Shown here: positions 18,401 through 26,497 of the stretch, piece after piece | How positions within the stretch are numbered: the first letter of the stretch is position 1 | How the letters are laid out: the number at the start of each line of letters is the position of its first letter | Source: a virus | Taxonomy: Duplodnaviria; Caudoviricetes | Strand: one strand, 5' to 3' | Virus record (IMG/VR): IMGVR_UViG_3300017766_000684 | Location: 1-48,380 of that record | Length of the DNA stretch: 48,380 nucleotides | The notes under the pieces: model-generated | Seen by the model: the letters and a program-made list of their open reading frames with translations, nothing else | Database searches by the model: none | Told to the model about the DNA's origin: nothing | Made by a program: the position numbers and the translations under genes

Positions 18401-18735
18401 CTATTGTTACCATCTCCATCTCTATTAGGAAGGCACACTGGACCATTGGTTTGAATTGGATCTGGTAACGGGTCGTAATTACCTCTGCTTGGATTTGGGG
18501 GGTAGAACTCCCCTGGCCCAGTAGAGCCAGTAGGTCCGGTGGGTCCACCCCCACCTCCACCTCCACCACCTTGTCCAGGACCTGATACTCCCCTAGTTGG
18601 GGGTCTAAAATAGCTTATAGATATTGGACCAGTTGACCCCGGTATCCCGCCACCCTGCCCAGGCCCAGCGGGACCTGAGCCTTGAGTTGGAGGAACAAAT
18701 ATCCCAGAAGTATTTGGGACGCCACAGTAGACCAT
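15400..18735 (-). CDS. Large putative virion protein with a Pro/Gly-rich N-terminus, two Cys-rich modules and a TEVTET linker
   Basis: 1111-aa ORF within the tail module; low-complexity N-terminus; internal repeats. Confidence 0.7.
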   Translation of the reverse strand: MVYCGVPNTSGIFVPPTQGSGPAGPGQGGGIPGSTGPISISYFRPPTRGVSGPGQGGGGGGGGGPTGPTGSTGPGEFYPPNPSRGNYDPLPDPIQTNGPVCLPNRDGDGNNSEPPIFIPVFNWIQNPFKPPPPFGGMRTYRKCQRNAQYCPPPYGGIVTVYRRRVVPCTLLDYQQDSALRSRYELMESAMNGRPFNPADPGGPSWDGLCVDYADTFFLNCFDIPMNTCPVPSVDITPVIITEVTETTEVTETTEVTETTEVTELPPTDGGNDLVTGGGPRGGPTTGGVSKKCYSRYITCGDFGLEPSTKTIGRRRQVVECGENENPINVGPNRNADLFNSILDAYRREGQWPQSGAYDNICLQNMSDRFWLGCNGATYAELRYACVRPLGVVSETVITEITDSTFNSVGPRIDTAILSVTNPGIVEPNFNSVGPRVNTDFLSTRDLGGQERQSWDSPNSINQRLALGRSNDIPLELKPNSFINDIKRQSQISLTRLRGRTPQQIDLNNEDFSRYARYTEGNSPALYHQTYNFFQKEPSTLTKLVSNDRYLNIFKPIVVSEIKYFIDNSNSNVAWNESNFQDLTNEKITISLNESLLEAFNNIQSTVNTMIGVNGFLDIIRSHLMAGTIDEFDPGYYIEIYRQQQKQTPVVIQSLGENSQAIQTSLGVFGTKSRSPYLDNYQDGEIKNNYRRTRFLLEDLEVNIPTLQLNGVSSPLYLRNSGIPTSTTFDTFTNIGDGAGYYISSLLSDGQSLPLVTVNELSSAKFLPSRERHQVLKTLGKAYNISITVSSLNLSNEFVSSYSPTIGSDPLYFALDFSSMLDNEGDQSIFNPIKANYNLISNEEAIRHSRNYSFNTVKINIDYRDPLIHYAKDTSALSLVNPEFNLRKFGNNRTIIDNVIILRNLPAALIISPGNGSVHNPFNGTSRVSEYGDTVVRKLDVTPTFDNIMQNDRPPLEASNTFESVSSNYFGEYERLYDQSEQGFLYTITSSLPIFNKSFYKNGEYSRISFDDASSTKSIDSTLTDLVDKLSSLSGVEYLTWWDVFRRLNLNQVGKLFTTNSTNLLNKISSSWRGAPVRYVVSRANPEYTGIPEGTEIPNDTIIISEGDRNVP
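17947..18000. repeat. 18-bp tandem repeat, three perfect copies (ttctgtaacttcagtagt), encoding TTEVTE
   Basis: Read directly; a degenerate fourth copy follows at 18001-18018. Confidence 0.95.
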
Positions 18736-18736
18736 A

Positions 18737-21286
18737 TTAAGCTAAGAGGATAGTTGGGTTGAATTGCCAGATGTTACCATTTGACATGCCACCTCTCCCT
18801 GCAAACGTGGTTGGTATGCCTACAACTTCAAATTGAACTGTTGGATATATGGCGATACCAACACTTGCCTCCCCCCCTGCTAGTGAGCTTCCAAGAAGTT
18901 GTCCTGGGAGAGGCCCTGGATTATGGGGATTGTGCTCTTGAACTATATCTTTTGAAAACACTGCAAATCCAGCGAAATAATTACCTTCTCTATTCAAACG
19001 AGGGATTACTGGAAATGTCGGGGTGTTGCCCGCTGGGGTTGCTTCTCTTAGGTTTCTATAATCATTAGCGACCCATGCTGCATAAATATAAAAATGGTCT
19101 GAGTATTTCTCTACCCATAATCCAGCTATGCCAGCGAGAGCTTCAGTATACTTTCCTGTTCCGAATCCCTTTCCTACTGTGGCACAAGTTAATGGAGTGC
19201 AGTTCAAAAATTGCACATTAACATTATAATCACACATCCAAGGGACTCTCGACCTATCCAAATTAATTTTCTTTCTTACGAATAACATATTAACTAATCC
19301 ATCAATAGTTGCTTGCCCATCAGTATTATATGGATACGACGCCGCAAAATTTCTAAAAGCATCGTTATCATTTATTATGGGATTAGTTCCAAATCTCTTT
19401 AATTGTTGATTTAGTTCTCTGTTTGAATAAGCTGAATATTTATACCTTGGAAGGTTGTTTGCGTCTTTTGGACCAAGAGAATTTATTTTAAACGCATGAT
19501 AATTTATTTTATCATTAGGCATTTCACCCGGATAGGGCAATCCTGTTTGGCACCAAATAGCATTGTCCCAGTCTGGATAAGGCTCCACTCTAGGGAGAGC
19601 ATAATCTTGAGCAACTCTTTGAATAGCTTGATCTCTAGTTAAAGTAGGGAACTTTTGCATCACATAACTTAACAAAGCACCTTCAACTCCGAATGCCCAC
19701 CCTCCTTGAATTATATTTGAATGGACCACTCTTGGAAATCTTCCATCAGTATCTGGCGGAGCCGTAGGAATTCTAGTTAATACTTTATTTATCTCATATC
19801 CAAGTTCTGCTTGAGTGACCACTGGATTAGCTAAGGATGGGGCTGGTATTGCTGCTGCTAACCCAGCTCTTTCATTGTAAGTAAGCTCAGTTGTTCTAAA
19901 AAATGGTCTAATATCAATAACATCATTAGCTGTAATGATGTTTATGTTATTTGAATTTTTAGATGCGTTCTTCTTAACAACTATGTATGCAATCGGTAAT
20001 ACAGTTTGCCCAATCAATGCATAGCTACTGGCATCAAGAGTAGTATCCAAAAGAGGATTGATATTCATTAAATCATCTGGGGACGGGAACGAGCCCTTGA
20101 CAGATATTCCTGAAATGTTAAATCCAGTATTAATACCAGAAGCATCGCCAGGATGCGCTAGCATCTTTATGGTTCCGTCTTCTAGTGTGCTGTAATCAGC
20201 ATCTAGATATTGACCCTTCTCTGATCCAAAAGGAGTTAATACTTCCTGTATTCTTATTGGGCCAAAAGATTTAAAGTTAACTCCTAATCCAGCACCATGA
20301 ACCAATCCTAGTTCGGCTTTAGTTATAGTGGTTGGATTGTTATTTACAAATTTTTGAACCGTAGTAGAACTAACGTCAATTGGCTTAGAGTAAATAAATA
20401 GTAAGTCAATTCTTTGGTTAGCATCTAAGGGAACTCTAGTTCCAGATGCGTTTATGTAGAAATAATCTTCTGGATTAAACTCAGGAACTTCAATGCTGAG
20501 TTCTTCTGGGACATCCACTATGGCGGTTCTAGCGACACCTCTCCATCTCTTTATAAACGCTGTTTCTGCTGCGCCTAATCTAGAGAACCCTATTTCGGTG
20601 GTTCCATCGTCTTGCTGCCTTATCACATATGATTTTCTAACAGATTCTTGAAAGCTCTCTGTCCCAATTAGTGAGGGCACACCATTAATTATAGCTGGGG
20701 TGTCTATGGAATTCCAAAGGATCGCGCCCACGCCTGGGTATTGAGGCTGACCATACAAGCCATCTGGTCCTGGAATAAACTCTAATACTGGCTGAGAATT
20801 ACTTATTAAATTACTTCCGAGTCTTGGGGCCACCGAAGGCCAAGTAAATGTTCTTTCTGCCAAGCCGTTTAGATCTAATTGAACAGTTGTTTTAAATCTA
20901 TTTATGATGTCTACTATACCTGGAGCTATGGCTCCCCCTGCTAGCCACACATTAAATTCGGGAGTGTTACCTAATATATTAATTATTACTTGCAATACTG
21001 TCAGATTGTATGCATCGTTTATTCTAGCAGAAAATCTACCTGATTTTACTTTAATAGTATTATCAACTCCCTCTGTGTAGGGGCGGAGTTCATCAAAATT
21101 TTCTCTAGATATTCCACCATCTATTTTAAAATTACCTAATTGATCTTTTAACCAAAGATCGTTTTCTTGAAGTTGTTTTAGAGGTATATTATCAACTTCA
21201 TAATAAATTGGATCGTTTGCTTTAAAAAATCTTATCGGGTCAGTGAATCTATACTGACTATCTTTAAAAGTAAAATTAGTGCTCAT
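18737..21286 (-). CDS. Putative baseplate/tail-fibre-associated structural protein
   Basis: 849 aa; N-terminal DNIPLKQLQENDLWL helix; PIAYIVV...IDIRPFF; tail-module context. Confidence 0.6.
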   Translation of the reverse strand: MSTNFTFKDSQYRFTDPIRFFKANDPIYYEVDNIPLKQLQENDLWLKDQLGNFKIDGGISRENFDELRPYTEGVDNTIKVKSGRFSARINDAYNLTVLQVIINILGNTPEFNVWLAGGAIAPGIVDIINRFKTTVQLDLNGLAERTFTWPSVAPRLGSNLISNSQPVLEFIPGPDGLYGQPQYPGVGAILWNSIDTPAIINGVPSLIGTESFQESVRKSYVIRQQDDGTTEIGFSRLGAAETAFIKRWRGVARTAIVDVPEELSIEVPEFNPEDYFYINASGTRVPLDANQRIDLLFIYSKPIDVSSTTVQKFVNNNPTTITKAELGLVHGAGLGVNFKSFGPIRIQEVLTPFGSEKGQYLDADYSTLEDGTIKMLAHPGDASGINTGFNISGISVKGSFPSPDDLMNINPLLDTTLDASSYALIGQTVLPIAYIVVKKNASKNSNNINIITANDVIDIRPFFRTTELTYNERAGLAAAIPAPSLANPVVTQAELGYEINKVLTRIPTAPPDTDGRFPRVVHSNIIQGGWAFGVEGALLSYVMQKFPTLTRDQAIQRVAQDYALPRVEPYPDWDNAIWCQTGLPYPGEMPNDKINYHAFKINSLGPKDANNLPRYKYSAYSNRELNQQLKRFGTNPIINDNDAFRNFAASYPYNTDGQATIDGLVNMLFVRKKINLDRSRVPWMCDYNVNVQFLNCTPLTCATVGKGFGTGKYTEALAGIAGLWVEKYSDHFYIYAAWVANDYRNLREATPAGNTPTFPVIPRLNREGNYFAGFAVFSKDIVQEHNPHNPGPLPGQLLGSSLAGGEASVGIAIYPTVQFEVVGIPTTFAGRGGMSNGNIWQFNPTILLA

Positions 21287-21289
21287 ACA

Positions 21290-24200
21290 TTAACCTATTG
21301 TTTCTGGATCAAATATATTTAAAGATCCTAATCCATATAAAATCGCGGAGTCTCCAAACTTTATTATACCCCCACTGTCACCGTGATAAGGATAATAAAT
21401 ATTTACAGTTTTTGCTAGATTAGATTTGCTAGATGCGCAGTGCTTGGCATTAGCAAATGTCTCAGCAGCGGACTCATCAAAAACTATTCTGGCATTGTAT
21501 GGATTAGATACTATATCTTTGCTGTAGTAATAACCTGATGGAACAATACTACCCAATGAATTCCTTTGTAGTGCGTTTAAGTATAAAGAACTTGGAGATC
21601 CACTGCAAAGTAGATCTGAAGATGGTTGATATCCTTGGGAATACAGTTGAGGTATAATTCCATACCCAGACAAAGTAGCAACATCCACTAATGAATTAAC
21701 TATAGGATCCACTGATAAATATAGTCTAAATGGTCCATAGTTTTTATGAGAACTTACACTATATGCAGTGGATGATGGATTAGCTCCAAACAAATCTAAA
21801 ATTGATAATGAGCTGGTATCTGGCGTTGATGAAGGTAGCCCATAGTTTAGGGAGCTTGCATTTATACCACTACCCCAGAAGCCTAATGGTCCATTATATC
21901 CTGCTAGTCTAGGGAACAGCGAACTCACAGATATGTAAGATGCTTTAAATTGTGAGTCATCTGAGATATTCCATATAAATGTTTTATATGGTGCGCTTGA
22001 GGTAGAAATAGTTAAAGTCCCATCATAGTAAGGTGCTGATGCATTCCAGTAGCCACATGGGAAATTTACATTTTTTATATTAACTATACTGTTATTTAAT
22101 ACTCTTACGCAAACACCACCATGAGTTAATCCACTAAATGAAGAAACACCATTTTGAATGAATGGATTATTATTATTAGCCAATAGGAAGTAATTACCGT
22201 AAGCAGAATCATAAGTAAATAATTTATTACTTAAATTAGATTGGTTAGGGAGTTGATTTACTCCTTTAATACTTCCAATATAACCATTAGTATCTACCCT
22301 AGCGATTGGATTTGGATAAAATTGTAAACTTCCTGCGCTGGTATACATTTCAGTGTCAAGAGCATTGTAATAATACTCAGGTCTCAGATTGGTCACTGAT
22401 GATAGGGAGGATATTCCTACCCATCCGCTAAAACCAAGACCTACTGTAGATTTCCTCTCCCATGAAGTTATAAATGATCCAAGATCTTTAGCTTCAAATA
22501 TAGAATTATTATTTGCTACAATTCCTGTTCGTATACTATGAATTTCAACAGCAGTATGATTTCCACCGTGAGATAAATTGATAGAGCTAATGTCTAAAGA
22601 ATTATCTAATAATTGTCTAGGGGCAGATAATAATAATTTAGAATTAGAATCTGCCATCATCCCAACTCCAAACTGGACTACAGCAGTGGGTCCATTTATC
22701 TGAAGCATAGAATTATTATCGGCACACAATGCTATTAGAGGTTTAGAGTTTCCATAAGTTGTTGGACCTACTGCTTTTGTGCAAAAATACCTAGTTCCTT
22801 TCAAAGTGGCTTTAGAGTTATTTGTTATTAATAATTCTGATCCTTTCTTAGAGAAGACTGGATCTCCTCCACTTTGTATGGAATAAGTGTTCGATCTTTC
22901 AAATTGTGGAGATATTAATACAGCGTCTGAGTTATTTTGTAATCTTACCCCTTCCAAGACACCTAACCCCTCAGTAGCCCCAAGACCAATCAATTTTCCC
23001 ATACTGTCTTGGAAAGAAATTACACCATAGTTTTCTTCCATTGATGACGCTGTAACTGGCATCATTATTGAATTATTTAAAACTAAATGTTGACCATTTC
23101 TAACAAACCATGACTGAGCTGTAAAATCTTCAAACCACAAACTACCTCCAACATGATTTTTAGTAAAGTTTTTATTATAAATTATTTTTGAATTATACGA
23201 TGATATGGCTTGTTTCTGATTTGCTATACAAGCAATTCTGTCATATTCAAATAAACTGTTATTAAATTGAGCACCAAAAAGATTTTCTATAAATCTAATT
23301 TTTCCATCTATTGAAACTTTAGAGTTATTAGATACTAATCCTATACCTGTATTGTGTGCCGAGTCCAAAGTTATTTCATACAAGGTAGGATAAGTTCTTA
23401 AGGTATCTAAAGATTTTCCACCTTCTAGCGTAGAATTGTTTAATATAATTCCATTAGCATTTTTTGTAAATTCAAATATATAATAATTTGGAATATAGAA
23501 TGCCGCACTAGGTTGTAGGACGGGATTTAAGAACTGTGATAGCATTGGGAGTTCCCATGCATCAGTAGATGATATAGTAATATTGGAATTATTAGCGAGC
23601 AGTCCTGCTGCCGGGTCATCATACAAGAGAGATGAGGATGTATTAAATGTTAAAAATTTTCTCTTGTTTTCATAATCATCAGTTTTTCTAAATCCGCTTG
23701 AGTCATAATCATATATTCTTGTTGCTACACACCCGCGTAGAAGAGTGACCCGAGAGTTATTGAAATTAAACCCAGCTTTTCTAAATTTTGTAACAACCAT
23801 ATTCTCCAAATAAACATTTGGAGAATTATTTACTTCGACTCCATAATTGTTACCTTCTTTTAGTCTACCCCCACCATACACGAAAAAGTTTCTTATGAAT
23901 ATCTTTCCATCGCAATTATTTATAAAAATTTTATTTGCTTTATTTCCGTAATATAACCCATTATACGCAGAGTAATCTGAGAAAACTAAAGGATCATAAG
24001 GTATTGAATAATTATTTTTTGTAAATATTAATTCATTATTAAAAAAGTTTAATGTGCTAGCATCTTTATATTGTATATTTTCAAAACTGTCTGGATTTAA
24101 ATCATATGATTTAAAATTTAAATCATAATTATTTGATCCGTAAGGCTGTATATCATTAAAATCATCTATAACTAAAGTTGCTCTGTTATAGTTTCCTCCT

Positions 24201-24907
24201 GATTTAGTAACTGATATATAAGCATTTAAAGGTATACTAGATGTGCCTGTCCCTGATAGTCTAGAATCTCTTGTGCCACTAAATACTGCGGCTGAGATTG
24301 AAATACAGCTGGCATCAAGGAAACCTTGGAGGGGTGACATTTTTATTGATGATGAATCATAATATCCAGCATTAGCTTGTATAGATGAAAGGTATAAAAA
24401 TGTGTTATTCGCATCAGTAGAAGAAACTCCAACAAGTGGTGGAATTAATCCTTCAAAATTGCTCACACCACTTGCAAAAGTATTTTCTTGCCTTGCAAAA
24501 TTTCTATTTATAATTTCTAAGGATCCATTTGGTCCAAATCTTCTATTACTTATTACTATATCACCAAGATTTCCAAAGTTAGCTATCTCAATTAATACAG
24601 GAAAATTTATACATTGTGGTAGTGCCTCAATAGCTGCGCTTACAGTTCTAAATATATTTTTATTACACGCAACATCATTATCAGATGCATCAGCAGAAAC
24701 AACTAAAGCGACACCCCCTATTGATGATGTAGGGTAGCCTAATTGTTCCCAAAGAAAATTAGTTCTTTCATCTAAATCATAAATTGGAAGGTTGTCTTGC
24801 TCCCAATTATAGAATGAGCTGGAGTCAAATTTAGTTACTTTATCAGTCCAACAATGATAAAGTTTCGTGGTGCCACTAGAGGTGTAAATGTCGTCTTTAA
24901 GGAACAT
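21290..24907 (-). CDS. Putative tailspike with right-handed beta-helix (pectin-lyase-like) repeats
   Basis: 1205 aa; FRTVSAAIEALP entry motif; many short N/S/G-rich repeats (GVEVNNS, GFNFNNS, GLLANNS, GIILNNS, GLVSNNS, GAQFNNS). Confidence 0.65.
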   Translation of the reverse strand: MFLKDDIYTSSGTTKLYHCWTDKVTKFDSSSFYNWEQDNLPIYDLDERTNFLWEQLGYPTSSIGGVALVVSADASDNDVACNKNIFRTVSAAIEALPQCINFPVLIEIANFGNLGDIVISNRRFGPNGSLEIINRNFARQENTFASGVSNFEGLIPPLVGVSSTDANNTFLYLSSIQANAGYYDSSSIKMSPLQGFLDASCISISAAVFSGTRDSRLSGTGTSSIPLNAYISVTKSGGNYNRATLVIDDFNDIQPYGSNNYDLNFKSYDLNPDSFENIQYKDASTLNFFNNELIFTKNNYSIPYDPLVFSDYSAYNGLYYGNKANKIFINNCDGKIFIRNFFVYGGGRLKEGNNYGVEVNNSPNVYLENMVVTKFRKAGFNFNNSRVTLLRGCVATRIYDYDSSGFRKTDDYENKRKFLTFNTSSSLLYDDPAAGLLANNSNITISSTDAWELPMLSQFLNPVLQPSAAFYIPNYYIFEFTKNANGIILNNSTLEGGKSLDTLRTYPTLYEITLDSAHNTGIGLVSNNSKVSIDGKIRFIENLFGAQFNNSLFEYDRIACIANQKQAISSYNSKIIYNKNFTKNHVGGSLWFEDFTAQSWFVRNGQHLVLNNSIMMPVTASSMEENYGVISFQDSMGKLIGLGATEGLGVLEGVRLQNNSDAVLISPQFERSNTYSIQSGGDPVFSKKGSELLITNNSKATLKGTRYFCTKAVGPTTYGNSKPLIALCADNNSMLQINGPTAVVQFGVGMMADSNSKLLLSAPRQLLDNSLDISSINLSHGGNHTAVEIHSIRTGIVANNNSIFEAKDLGSFITSWERKSTVGLGFSGWVGISSLSSVTNLRPEYYYNALDTEMYTSAGSLQFYPNPIARVDTNGYIGSIKGVNQLPNQSNLSNKLFTYDSAYGNYFLLANNNNPFIQNGVSSFSGLTHGGVCVRVLNNSIVNIKNVNFPCGYWNASAPYYDGTLTISTSSAPYKTFIWNISDDSQFKASYISVSSLFPRLAGYNGPLGFWGSGINASSLNYGLPSSTPDTSSLSILDLFGANPSSTAYSVSSHKNYGPFRLYLSVDPIVNSLVDVATLSGYGIIPQLYSQGYQPSSDLLCSGSPSSLYLNALQRNSLGSIVPSGYYYSKDIVSNPYNARIVFDESAAETFANAKHCASSKSNLAKTVNIYYPYHGDSGGIIKFGDSAILYGLGSLNIFDPETIG

Positions 24908-24908
24908 A

Positions 24909-25532
24909 TTAGAAGTTTATACTCCATCTAAAAATAATAGAGAAATCTGTTGTTTTCTTTATCTCATCAAAATGTCTGTATGCTACTAATATTGGTGCTG
25001 TTGGATCATTGTTTTTTACATTTCGTATAAACAATCCTATTTCATTTATAGACATTTGATTAGAATTTCTTATAATGTTTTCTGCATTGCAAGAATTTTC
25101 ATCTAAAAGAATAGTATATCTTACTGTCGTATCATCTATTCTTGTAACATTTTGATCTGGTATTAATCCATACCAAGTTTGATTAGCAACTACAGCATTA
25201 TTAATTAATTGATAGCCTGATGTAGCCACCACATTACCATCCGATCCATACTCAACTATAGATGTTAATGGTCCGCTAAGAGATGTTCTTGAATAAGTTT
25301 CCAAAGCTGTTGCACCACTAACACCAATTTGGAATCTATCTATTTGATAATCCAAAACTGATGTTGACCCTGACAGAGCAAATAAATGAGATAATGCAAC
25401 ACCCATTCCAGATACAATTATATTATGATCATCGAATACCACCTCCTCTCTGCCATCGTTATGCAGCTTAGATATGGTTAAATGACCTTTGACATCCAGT
25501 TCTTCTATAAAACTTAAATTCATGCTAAACAA
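24909..25532 (-). CDS. Baseplate / tail-collar fibre-attachment protein
   Basis: GHLTI...HNIIV..G...INEIGLF...VAYRHF..IKKT.DFSIIFRWSINF pattern, common in myovirus baseplate periphery proteins. Confidence 0.65.
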   Translation of the reverse strand: MFSMNLSFIEELDVKGHLTISKLHNDGREEVVFDDHNIIVSGMGVALSHLFALSGSTSVLDYQIDRFQIGVSGATALETYSRTSLSGPLTSIVEYGSDGNVVATSGYQLINNAVVANQTWYGLIPDQNVTRIDDTTVRYTILLDENSCNAENIIRNSNQMSINEIGLFIRNVKNNDPTAPILVAYRHFDEIKKTTDFSIIFRWSINF

Positions 25533-26493
25533 ACCTTATTTTCCAATTTAATACTATCCCACCATAGGTATCCCACCCCGTGGATGAATTTTCAAATAAT
25601 TCTTTAAAAGCATCATTTTCTGGGTAATAAGTTAGATCCCTATTAAATGTTTTTTTACAGAATAATTTATATCTTCTTACATTATTTAGTGGATTAAAAG
25701 AGTAGGGTGGCATGTTACCTTCTTTTAACATAGATTTAATATCTAGACACCAAAGACCTAGGTGATAGACTCCCCCAAACAAATTTAAAGTTCCACACTC
25801 GCCCGAGGGTAATATCCATTTCAAATCGACCGCTAATGGAAAGTCCGATTCCGCAGACCTTATGACTCCAAATTTAAACGAACTAGGCTCACTAACTGTT
25901 TCAGTATAATAAGTTTTATTTTGGGATAGACTAAAAGAATTAAAAGTTAAAAATCCAGAAATATCCATTATGCCATTTAAATTATACATACTAGAAGCAG
26001 TGATTCCAGATACTATAAGTTCATTAGATGACGTAAATATCTTATACGTAGATCCACTTGCCGCAGGGAAACATCCTATCAAATGAGAATATGAAGATAA
26101 AGATTGACTTATAGCAGTATTTAGACATTGCCCTAGGTCAAAATTTATTCCTGAATAATTAGGGAGGGTGGATTTTAATTCCAGTCTAATGTCCATGGGT
26201 GTGGGAGATGCTGGATATAGATCATAGGTATTCAGAGCTTTTGCCGTTTCTAGAGGTGTATACCCAGAGAAGGATGAACTTTGATAAGAAATGACTTTTA
26301 TGATCCCATCAGAAGAGGGGGATAATATTACATGTGCATGATTCCTAAATCCATCAGCATCTTTTCCGTATGAGATAGCTTGAAAAGTATAATTGGAAGT
26401 ATCCAATATGGCAGATGCAGAGGGAATACCTGACAACGATCTATTCATTGTCATTATATCAGCAATATGTTGTCCAGCTAAATCTACAAACAT
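25525..26493 (-). CDS. Hypothetical baseplate-region protein, possibly a distant paralogue of 24909..25532
   Basis: 322 aa; HLGLW...LFCKKTF...LNWKIRF C-terminus resembles that of the neighbour. Confidence 0.55.
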   Translation of the reverse strand: MFVDLAGQHIADIMTMNRSLSGIPSASAILDTSNYTFQAISYGKDADGFRNHAHVILSPSSDGIIKVISYQSSSFSGYTPLETAKALNTYDLYPASPTPMDIRLELKSTLPNYSGINFDLGQCLNTAISQSLSSYSHLIGCFPAASGSTYKIFTSSNELIVSGITASSMYNLNGIMDISGFLTFNSFSLSQNKTYYTETVSEPSSFKFGVIRSAESDFPLAVDLKWILPSGECGTLNLFGGVYHLGLWCLDIKSMLKEGNMPPYSFNPLNNVRRYKLFCKKTFNRDLTYYPENDAFKELFENSSTGWDTYGGIVLNWKIRFV

Positions 26494-26497
26494 TGTA

